A stretch of 64,000 nucleotides of DNA from Minisyncoccia bacterium (GTDB lineage Bacteria; Patescibacteriota; Minisyncoccia; Phycocordibacterales; UBA918), in the NCBI GenBank assembly GCA_041736805.1, contig JBGSSW010000016.1:2526-66525 (forward strand), given 5' to 3'. This document shows, piece after piece, positions 19,401 through 27,118 of this stretch. Position numbers and translations under genes: made by a program. Numbering within the stretch: position 1 is the first letter of the stretch; every line of letters begins with the position of its first letter. The notes under the pieces are model-generated. The model was not told where the DNA came from. It ran no database searches and saw only the letters and a list, made by a program, of their open reading frames with translations.

Positions 19401-20366
19401 CTAAGACTCATCATCTGCATCATCCTCATTATTGTCATCTTCTTCATTGTCTTCATTGTCTTCATCATCGATTTTATTTCTTTCCTTATATTCCTTTGCC
19501 AACTTTTCTAAGGCTGCTTGAGAAACTTTATACGCTTCTGTTGCATAATCATAAGCTGGACGTAGTTTATTTTTTTCTAGCTCATCTTCTGCTGAAATCA
19601 AAAGCCGTTTTGCCTTTGACAAGCTTTCATTTGCTTCACGCGTATTTCTAACTGTACTAGACGCTTTAATTTCCTTAATTTTATCCTCCAAATCGTCTAT
19701 TTTATCTTCAGCTTTTTTTATTGCTGAATTAACCGTTGAGGTAGAGGTTACTTTATTTGTTGTAGAAGTCGCTCTATCTTTATCCGATTTATCTTCTTTA
19801 CACAAGAAAGCCGAACCAGTTTTATCTTCACAGTCTAAATAGTTTTTACCATCTTTCTCTCTCCATCTTTCCAAGATTTTTTTACTTATGCCTGGGGCCT
19901 TTAGTAATCCAGGTGGAAGCTTACCTTCTTTCTTTTCTTTAAAATATTCTTGCATTAAGTCCTTTGTTGCCTCATCAATTTTACCAGTGACTGGTAAGTC
20001 ATGCCTTTTTTGGAAATTTTCAATAGCTTCTCTAGTCAGGGAGCCATAGTAACCACTCACTATCCCTCTTGGATATATCGATGGGTCGGTAGCAAGTAAT
20101 TCTTGTATCTTCCTTATATCGTCATTTTCCATTCCCTCTGCTAGACCACCCCTGATTTCCTCTCTTATTTCTCCCTTTATTTCAGCTAATTGTTTTTGTA
20201 AACTTTCGACTTGTTTCATCAAACTTTGTAGTAGTTCAAGTAGACCTGAGAGGTTCTCGCTTGTTTTCACACTAGTTGTGACAGCTGTCTCTGCTCTGAC
20301 AGTAGCTGGATAAACTGACAAGACGGCCAGTAAAACAAAAGTTAAGCCTAGAAAATAGTTCTTCAT
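19401..20366 (-). CDS. Secreted peptidoglycan-binding (PG_binding_1) coiled-coil protein
   Basis: Signal peptide; DIRKIQELL...GYYGSLTREAIENFQ...LPVTGKID..T; acidic tail. Confidence 0.85.
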   Translation of the reverse strand: MKNYFLGLTFVLLAVLSVYPATVRAETAVTTSVKTSENLSGLLELLQSLMKQVESLQKQLAEIKGEIREEIRGGLAEGMENDDIRKIQELLATDPSIYPRGIVSGYYGSLTREAIENFQKRHDLPVTGKIDEATKDLMQEYFKEKKEGKLPPGLLKAPGISKKILERWREKDGKNYLDCEDKTGSAFLCKEDKSDKDRATSTTNKVTSTSTVNSAIKKAEDKIDDLEDKIKEIKASSTVRNTREANESLSKAKRLLISAEDELEKNKLRPAYDYATEAYKVSQAALEKLAKEYKERNKIDDEDNEDNEEDDNNEDDADDES

Positions 20367-20423
20367 AATAATTATTAAACAAATAAAATCAGCCCAAAGC
20401 TGAACTATGAATAGTATAGCCTT

Positions 20424-22145
20424 TTATTTATTTAAATTTAAGCTTTTCCCATTCTCAAGTATGTACAAAGCTCTAACTAAGCGAATCATTAAATAATCAT
20501 ACTCCTCACCAGTCTCCTCATAAAGTGGGCGTAATTTCTCAAAACCATGTTTTTCAATGGCTTTTAAAATATTTTTTTGAATTTTTTTATCCCAGCTAGG
20601 TTCTTTTTCAAGAATTGATTTTAGTTCTGGTACTGAGACGCCCTTATTGTCTACCATTGTCTCGAGATGGCCAACAATAGTTGAGACTGTCAGCTGTCTA
20701 AGGGTTGCTACCATCTCAAGACTCTTTCCTTCTAGGAGTAGCGTCTTGGTTTCATGCTGAGTACTCTCCTTTTTAATACGTTCTGACGGTGATTTTTTGA
20801 GCTTTATTAAATCTTTTTCTGATGGTATTACCCCTCCATTGGCTTTAACAAATCTCTGGTGCATTTCTTCTATTTCACTTTTCTCCATTTCAGCTAAAGT
20901 TTCTTCAGCTGAATCAGAATCAGAAATAAACCGATTGTCTTGCGCAATTATTTTTGGATCAACCATTAGTGCGTTAGCGTTCATTCCCAAGACCTTCAGT
21001 CCAGCCAACGAACGAACCCGCGAGAGAGCTACATAGCCCTGACCATAAACAAAAGACTTAGACAAATCAACTTCAGCGGCATCAAGTGACATGCCTTGGC
21101 TTTTGTGCACAGTAATGGCCCAGGCCAATCGCAATGGTAACTGTTCGATTGAGGCTAGCGTCTTTCCCTCTTCAGACAATTCCCAACTAACCGGTTCAAT
21201 GGTAATTCTTCTTTTGTCAGCGGTCTCAATGATTGGATTACCTTCGTAACTATCAAAACCCACTACACGGGCTAAGGTACCATTTACATATCCAGCTTCA
21301 AAATTATTTTTTGTACACATCACCATTGCCTCCTCTTTCAAATATAAAATCTCTGGTGAGAGGCAATTGCGTTTAAGCGATTCGTGTAAAATTTTATTTC
21401 CTCGCGCAGACATTTGGTACGATTTTGAGACCCCTTTTAATTCCGCCAACTTAGCTGAGTTTACCGCATCAACGTCGGCATTGTGAGTATAGAGTCTAGT
21501 CGGTTCAATGTCTTCATACTCTATGTCTACTTGCTCGCTAAGCAGAGTATAGTGGTCTTCTTCAATTTCTCCTTTACGAATTGAGCCAAGCAAACTAAGG
21601 AGTAATTCATCTTCTTGTCGAAATTGCTCTGTGATGTAACAGACTAAAGGTCTCAAATGTTCCCAGGCACGAGATTCAAAGGCATAGCGCATCATATCTC
21701 CCTGCCTAGCGATTGGTGGTAGTTGGAAAAAATCTCCGACACACACCACCTGCATACCACCAAAAGCCTCAGCCGATTTTCTAATTGTTCGACAGATTAT
21801 ATCCACCATGTCGAGCATCTTTCCGTCCAACATTGATATTTCATCAATAATTAAGACATTGGTTTTCTTGATTCTCTTTACCAATCTTTCCTTGGTTACA
21901 ATTTGATCTAAATCATAAGCATTTAAAGTGTCTCTAGCGCCCACACCACTCCAGGAATGAATAGTTAGCCCTCCAATGTGCGTCGCAGCAATTCCGGTTG
22001 AAGCAGTGACCGCAACTGTCAGTCCGGCAGCTTCAAGCCACTGTATGTATTTATTAATGACGTAAGTTTTACCAGCTCCAGGCTCACCGGTTAGAAAAAC
22101 ATTGGCTCCAGTTTTTAAAATTGAAAGTGCGGTCTCTTGTGTCAT
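20424..22145 (-). CDS. PIF1-like SF1B helicase with C-terminal helix-turn-helix domain
   Basis: FLTGEPGAGKT, IIDEISM, GDFFQLPP, LAWAITVHKSQGMSLD, GQGYVALSR. Start set at MTQETAL (22145). Confidence 0.92.
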   Translation of the reverse strand: MTQETALSILKTGANVFLTGEPGAGKTYVINKYIQWLEAAGLTVAVTASTGIAATHIGGLTIHSWSGVGARDTLNAYDLDQIVTKERLVKRIKKTNVLIIDEISMLDGKMLDMVDIICRTIRKSAEAFGGMQVVCVGDFFQLPPIARQGDMMRYAFESRAWEHLRPLVCYITEQFRQEDELLLSLLGSIRKGEIEEDHYTLLSEQVDIEYEDIEPTRLYTHNADVDAVNSAKLAELKGVSKSYQMSARGNKILHESLKRNCLSPEILYLKEEAMVMCTKNNFEAGYVNGTLARVVGFDSYEGNPIIETADKRRITIEPVSWELSEEGKTLASIEQLPLRLAWAITVHKSQGMSLDAAEVDLSKSFVYGQGYVALSRVRSLAGLKVLGMNANALMVDPKIIAQDNRFISDSDSAEETLAEMEKSEIEEMHQRFVKANGGVIPSEKDLIKLKKSPSERIKKESTQHETKTLLLEGKSLEMVATLRQLTVSTIVGHLETMVDNKGVSVPELKSILEKEPSWDKKIQKNILKAIEKHGFEKLRPLYEETGEEYDYLMIRLVRALYILENGKSLNLNK

Positions 22146-22197
22146 AGTTGGGAATAAGCCTAACACATTTTGCTGAGAATACTGTAAAATAGTAGTA

Positions 22198-24096
22198 ATG
22201 AAAAATAGTTCCTCAGGCTCATTGGCAATTATAAACCTTGATAGCAAAACAAAAAAGAAGGTTATTTCTAGTACTATAAATAAGTCCAAAAAAGTGACTC
22301 TGACTAAAAAGGCCCCTCCAATTGCGCACAGACATTCAACTAAAAAAGCCAAGTCCTCCTCTTCCCAAAACCACGCCATCAAAATTACCCCACCAACAAT
22401 AAAAAGAAACCCCCTCGGGCATCTTCTAATTGAAAAAATGTTTAGAGAAGCCGGTTTTCGCGGCGGAATTTCTAGCGATAAGCGCATCCTTGAAAAGTAC
22501 AGTACTGATGAAAGTATTTTTTCCGTTAGACCTCAAGTGGTTATTCAACCCAAAAATCGCCATGATATCGAAATTGCCGCTAAAGTAATAGCGCGTGAGA
22601 CAAAACGCTTTTCTTCTCTTTCACTTACTCCCAGAGCAGCCGGAACAGGACTTAGTGGTGGTTCTTTGACTGATTCAATTGTGGTTGATGTTTGCTCTCA
22701 CCTAAACAAGATTGGTGAAGTTTTAGTCAAAAAAGATGGAGTTATATTTAGTTGCGAACCCGGCGCGATGTGGCGAGATGTAGAAAAAAAACTTAAACAT
22801 TATGACGCCTACATTCCTTCTTATACTTCATCAAAAGATATTTGCTCTATCGGCGGTTCTATAGGCAACAATGCAGCAGGCCCTGACTCACTTCGTTATG
22901 GTCATTGTGCTGAGTGGGTTGAGTCTCTAGACGTCGTTTTAGCTGACGGTAATTCATACACCATAAAACCTCTTGATTACAAGGAATTTAAAAATTTAAT
23001 CAAACAAAAGAACGAGTACGCGCGAATCGCCCAAGCCATTTTTTCTTTAATTGAAAAGAACGAAAAGGAAATTCTTAAGAGTATGCCCAAGACCAAGAAA
23101 AATACTGCTGGATACGCTCTCTGGCACGTAATACCAGAAAGTGTCGCCGCTTTCAAAAAAGGAATTGGTGTTTTTGACCTCACTCGTTTAATTAATGGTA
23201 GTCAAGGTACGATTGGTATTATTACCAATATCAAGATGCGCGCAATTCCAATTCAACATGATACTACCCTGCTAGTTATTCCTATCTTTGATTTACAAGA
23301 GGCAGCCCAAGTCGTGACTCAGTCTTTAAAATTCAATCCCATTAATGTTGAAATATTTGACGCTTTAACTTTTGACCTCGCACTGAAAAACCCCGATTTC
23401 TTTAAAAAAAGACTTGACGGTATGGACTACTATAGAACCATGCTTAATATGTATACTACTTATCATATCCGTTATGGTCGAAAAACGCCGGAATTCACTA
23501 TTCTTGTTACTCTAGACAAAGAAACGACCGAGGAAACCTCTAAAGCCGATATTATTACGGCCATCAGCACTAAAAAAACTCGAGCTAGAGTTGTTACTAG
23601 TAAGATAGAGGCGGAAATGCTTTGGCAAATCAGAAGAGCTAGCTATACCCTTTCCAAATTCCAAGATGCCAACAAACGTCCTGCCGCTTTTCTCGAGGAT
23701 ATGACAGTACCGCCAGAAAACCTCTCTAAATTCTTTATTGAAATTAAAAAACTATTGAATGAATTTAATGTTACCTCAGCTGTACATGGCCATGGGGGCA
23801 ATGGTCATTTTCACTTTTATCCCCTACTTGATTTCACCAACAAAACTACGCCTGTTTTAGTTGAAAAAATGGCTGAAAAATTCTACAACACTGCGGTCAA
23901 GTACAAAGGCAATATCTGTGGTGAACACAACGACGGTATCATTCGCACCCCTCATCTTAATAAATTATTCAACAAGCACATGCTTGAGCTGTTTAAAATA
24001 ACTGAGCATATCTTTGACCCCGACGATATCTTCAATCCAGGCAAAAAAGTTAATCCGCGCTTTGATATCAAAACCACAATGCGTACCAGCAATTAA
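22198..24096 (+). CDS. FAD-binding oxidoreductase (D-lactate/glycolate dehydrogenase GlcD-like)
   Basis: PRAAGTGLSG, SIGGSIGNNAAG, GSQGTIGII, HGHGGNGHFH, GEHNDG, FNPGK. Confidence 0.9.
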   Translation: MKNSSSGSLAIINLDSKTKKKVISSTINKSKKVTLTKKAPPIAHRHSTKKAKSSSSQNHAIKITPPTIKRNPLGHLLIEKMFREAGFRGGISSDKRILEKYSTDESIFSVRPQVVIQPKNRHDIEIAAKVIARETKRFSSLSLTPRAAGTGLSGGSLTDSIVVDVCSHLNKIGEVLVKKDGVIFSCEPGAMWRDVEKKLKHYDAYIPSYTSSKDICSIGGSIGNNAAGPDSLRYGHCAEWVESLDVVLADGNSYTIKPLDYKEFKNLIKQKNEYARIAQAIFSLIEKNEKEILKSMPKTKKNTAGYALWHVIPESVAAFKKGIGVFDLTRLINGSQGTIGIITNIKMRAIPIQHDTTLLVIPIFDLQEAAQVVTQSLKFNPINVEIFDALTFDLALKNPDFFKKRLDGMDYYRTMLNMYTTYHIRYGRKTPEFTILVTLDKETTEETSKADIITAISTKKTRARVVTSKIEAEMLWQIRRASYTLSKFQDANKRPAAFLEDMTVPPENLSKFFIEIKKLLNEFNVTSAVHGHGGNGHFHFYPLLDFTNKTTPVLVEKMAEKFYNTAVKYKGNICGEHNDGIIRTPHLNKLFNKHMLELFKITEHIFDPDDIFNPGKKVNPRFDIKTTMRTSN

Positions 24097-24175
24097 GCTG
24101 TCCCCTCTTCACTTATTGGCTTTTTTCTGCTATAAATATGCCACTTGTTTTAGCGGTAATTCGCAAAACGAGTAC

Positions 24176-24247
24176 GGCCCTATCGTCTAGTGGTTAGGAC
24201 ACAAGGTTTTCATCCTTGAAGCCGGAGTTCGATTCTCCGTAGGGTCA
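24176..24247 (+). tRNA. tRNA-Glu (TTC), CCA not encoded
   Basis: GGCCCTATCGTCTAGTGGTTAGGAC-ACAAGG-TTTTCAT-CCTTG...GTTCGATTC...TAGGGTCA cloverleaf. Confidence 0.96.
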
Positions 24248-24846
24248 CAGATTTTTAAAGCTTGTTTTACAACACTATTTCCAGCTACCCTAAGGAGATA
24301 TTTGAAGTGTTTGGAACCAAGAAACAGAAAGCCGCCCGAAGGTGACTTTCCTTGGACGGCACTTGGTGCAACACGCGATTCAGATCTTGCTTTCCCAATG
24401 GAACTTGAAGCCTTCCTTGACTACATCACTCACTGCCGGAACTGGCTGAAGGCCGAGCATCGGAAGGAGCACCTAACGCCACTGGGCAATCGAGCCATTT
24501 ACACCGTTGATTTCAATGGTGTCGGCATTGATATCGGTGATGTGGCCTATGGGATAGATTTCGACAGCCTCGTTGCAACATCCACACTTCACACGCAGAC
24601 TGGGCGAACTCCAACGATTCTTGGAGACCTGGCGACGAGCACGGCGAGTGATGCGCAGGTCGTGTTGACCACCGGATATTCTCTCGACTTTGGGCATGTT
24701 TGCTCCTGGTTAAGCCGTATAACGGCGGGACTTTGCAAACCAGACTATACTATCTAATCGAGGTTTTGTAAACTCATTCCGAACTCTTCCCATCCCTTCA
24801 TTTCCTTCACCAATTGGTTCCAACTTTGTCCCATTTGGGTCACAGA
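24242..24846. mobile_element. Degenerate 600-bp integrated element at the tRNA-Glu 3' end
   Basis: GGGTCACAGA direct repeat at 24242-24251 and 24837-24846. Interior visibly more GC-rich, with a pseudogene and a recombinase-tail-like ORF. Confidence 0.6.
24380..24697 (-). pseudogene. Foreign small hypothetical gene (KCGCC motif) interrupted by an in-frame TAG
   Basis: AGGAG RBS. After the TAG at 24473-24475 the frame continues VLLPMLGLQPVPAVSDVVKEGFKFHWESKI-TGA, followed by a TTCG-loop hairpin. Confidence 0.6.
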
Positions 24847-24850
24847 AATA

Positions 24851-24950
24851 AAAAACACCCACAAGCAAATGCTTGTGGGTGTTTTCCTGGCAGTTCCAGA
24901 GGACGTCACTCCGGAGATAAAAACACTCATTCACTAATGAGTGTTTTTAT
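24851..24950. terminator. Two tandem hairpin terminators
   Basis: AAAACACCCACAAGC-AAAT-GCTTGTGGGTGTTTT and ATAAAAACACTCATT-CACT-AATGAGTGTTTTTAT. Confidence 0.75.
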
Positions 24951-25008
24951 GCTTGAATGGGTGAGGAACATAATTTGACACCCTAGAAGCAACAGCTGGA
25001 GATATAAA

Positions 25009-25719
25009 TTGATTACTAAATTTCTAGTTTCATTCCTTGAGGCAGCAAACCTCAAGCTTCATCAACTAATTGATAAAGCCAACTTGGTCTATCTACGTAT
25101 GATTGTTGACGTTCTTTTTTTTCGACCTTTTGTCTTAAAGAAATGTGATTTACAAGTTCACAACCGTGAGCGCCTGCCCAAAAAAGGTCCGGCGATACTA
25201 GTATCTACCCACAGCAGTCACATGGACGCTGGAGTGATACAAGCTCTCTTCCCTCTCATGATGTTGCCCTACATAAGACCGAGTGCGGCCAGAGACCACT
25301 TCACGAAAGGATTACTCTGGCATTTGTTTGCTAGAGGATTTATGAGATTACTTTTTGTTGACCGGGGCAGCGGCCAGTTAGCTAAGACTGGGGACATAGA
25401 TCCATTTGGGGAACTTCACATCCCGCTTGAGGCCGGTTTGATGATAATCATTTTCCCACAAGGAACAAGAAATCCAGATGCAGGATTTCGCTCGGGTATC
25501 GTGCACTTAGCTAAAAGCTATCCGCACGTACCCGTCATCCCTATCCTGCTACGCGGAACACATGATGTACTGCCACCAAAGGCCAAAAGCTTTAGGGCTG
25601 GCCCAATTGCTGTATATGTAGGTGAAAAATACACCTTCAACCAACACCAAACGGCGTCAGAAAACGCCCAGGCTCTAGAGGCCTACATCTATCTACTTGA
25701 CCAAGCAAAAAACCAATAA
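25009..25719 (+). CDS. Lysophospholipid acyltransferase (PlsC-like)
   Basis: THSSHMD (HxxxxD), IFPQGTR, FRSG, VPVIP. Start could be TTG 25009 or ATG 25099. Confidence 0.9.
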   Translation: MITKFLVSFLEAANLKLHQLIDKANLVYLRMIVDVLFFRPFVLKKCDLQVHNRERLPKKGPAILVSTHSSHMDAGVIQALFPLMMLPYIRPSAARDHFTKGLLWHLFARGFMRLLFVDRGSGQLAKTGDIDPFGELHIPLEAGLMIIIFPQGTRNPDAGFRSGIVHLAKSYPHVPVIPILLRGTHDVLPPKAKSFRAGPIAVYVGEKYTFNQHQTASENAQALEAYIYLLDQAKNQ

Positions 25720-25741
25720 CGCCAAAATTAAGTTGTAGATG

Positions 25742-25769
25742 AAGGGGCCCCGTAAGCAAGGGGCCTTTT
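25742..25769 (+). terminator. Intrinsic terminator
   Basis: AAGGGGCCCC-GTAAGCAA-GGGGCCTTTT. Confidence 0.7.
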
Positions 25770-25960
25770 ATTATAAATTTAACACTTGTTTTACAAACTG
25801 TTTCCAATTCGGAGTACATAGAGTCGCAAACGGGACTATATAGTCCAATATCCCCAATTTAAAGCTTTGATATCTGACTAATATAAATAATAATGGTGAT
25901 GGTAGTTTTTTGTACCTAGACACAATCCTTTACTCGGTCACAAATGAAAAGGAAATTTGG

Positions 25961-26353
25961 ATGATTAAAGCTCTCGCAAGAATTATTCCCGGGGCACCAC
26001 CAAACTGCCAAGACCTCATCACCCCAAATGGAGTCGTTTACTACGCTGGCAATAGTCATTACATTTGGAATGAGGGTGGAAAACTTGGTGTCTACGATGA
26101 CTCTCTTAGAAAAAACGTTCTTCCCTTTGAATTTCAGCAAATGATGCTTATCAGCATTTATAGCGGAAAATTGCTTTGGATATGGCGCCCTGACGGCTTG
26201 TCAGGTGTCTATGACATTAAGACAAAACTCATCTTGGTTCCGATAGAATTTCGTCAGGTGAGAATGACTCCATCTAAGGACCTTTTTGATGTTGTACTTC
26301 CAAACGGACAAAAGAAGCATCTGAACATCTTCACTTACAAGCTCGAAGATTGA
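25961..26353 (+). CDS. Hypothetical protein with WG-repeat-like beta units
   Basis: Two units GKLGVYD...VLPFEF and GLSGVYD...LVPIEF. Start set at the ATG after AAGGA. Confidence 0.6.
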   Translation: MIKALARIIPGAPPNCQDLITPNGVVYYAGNSHYIWNEGGKLGVYDDSLRKNVLPFEFQQMMLISIYSGKLLWIWRPDGLSGVYDIKTKLILVPIEFRQVRMTPSKDLFDVVLPNGQKKHLNIFTYKLED

Positions 26354-26381
26354 GTCAAGTAAAGATTAATATCCATTCTTT

Positions 26382-26411
26382 GGGGGCCGCATGATGCAAT
26401 CATGCGGCCCT
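26382..26411. terminator. Intrinsic terminator between convergent genes
   Basis: GGGCCGCATGAT-GCA-ATCATGCGGCCC. Confidence 0.8.
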
Positions 26412-26422
26412 TAGTTATTTTC

Positions 26423-27118
26423 TTATTCAGTTATTTTTTCAATAATTTCAATCATCGGTTGTAGAAGGTATAGTTCAATGATTTTTTGATAGCCAGCTTT
26501 ATTGAAGTGAATACCATCAGGTAACTTATATGAAGAATTTAAAAAAACTTCGGCCGTAATAAACGGGAGTAGTAATATTTTTTCCGATTCAGAAATTTCG
26601 CTGTAAAGTGAATCAAATAACTGTTTGTATTTTAGACCAGCATTAATTGGGGCTTGCATTTTAAGTAAAACAATAACAGGCGGATTAATACCACTTTTAA
26701 GAATCGTAATTGTCTCTAGGATGTTTTTTTTGGTTTCTTCAACAGGTAGTAAACGCAGGGCGTCATTTCCTCCAATCCCCAAAAGCACCACATCTGGATT
26801 TTGTTTACGAATAAAGGTAGCTCTTTCTAGATTGCCTTTAGTTGTCTCACCGCTAACACCAGAATTTATAACTGTGACAGCCAACCCTTTAGCTTTTAGC
26901 GCTAATTCAAGCTGGGCTGGATAACTCTCTCCGGCGAGTAAACCATATCCAGCCGTTAAACTGTCCCCAAAAGCAATAATTTTAACAGTCCCTTCGATTT
27001 GGGGCTTTGATTTAATATCTGAAATGACTTGCTCGTTTCTACTTCCAGTAGACAAATACATCGCCAGTAAAAGCAGGAGAACCCCACCAATCAAAAAGTA
27101 TTTACTGATTGGTTTCAT
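26423..27118 (-). CDS. SGNH/GDSL arylesterase (TesA-like)
   Basis: FGDSLTAGYG, NSGVSGET, GGND, DGIHFN; N-terminal TM or signal sequence. Confidence 0.93.
   Translation of the reverse strand: MKPISKYFLIGGVLLLLLAMYLSTGSRNEQVISDIKSKPQIEGTVKIIAFGDSLTAGYGLLAGESYPAQLELALKAKGLAVTVINSGVSGETTKGNLERATFIRKQNPDVVLLGIGGNDALRLLPVEETKKNILETITILKSGINPPVIVLLKMQAPINAGLKYKQLFDSLYSEISESEKILLLPFITAEVFLNSSYKLPDGIHFNKAGYQKIIELYLLQPMIEIIEKITE

Noticed and set aside
22146-22487. N-terminal 113-aa extension of the helicase ORF in the ORF track
   Set aside because: It overlaps the divergent FAD oxidoreductase gene, and the helicase fold begins at MTQETAL (22145).
24302-24757. 151-aa + strand ORF in the tRNA-Glu island
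   Set aside because: Antisense to the SD-led KCGCC gene, TTG start, no recognisable motifs; probably a shadow ORF.
25713-25795. Possible integron attC site after plsC (TAAC...GTT), and a GTTATAC cassette-like start before the KCGCC gene
   Set aside because: L boxes do not pair properly, the right end GTTTTAC is not GTTRRRY, no matching inverse core follows the KCGCC gene, and no integron integrase is present. A terminator explains the hairpin.
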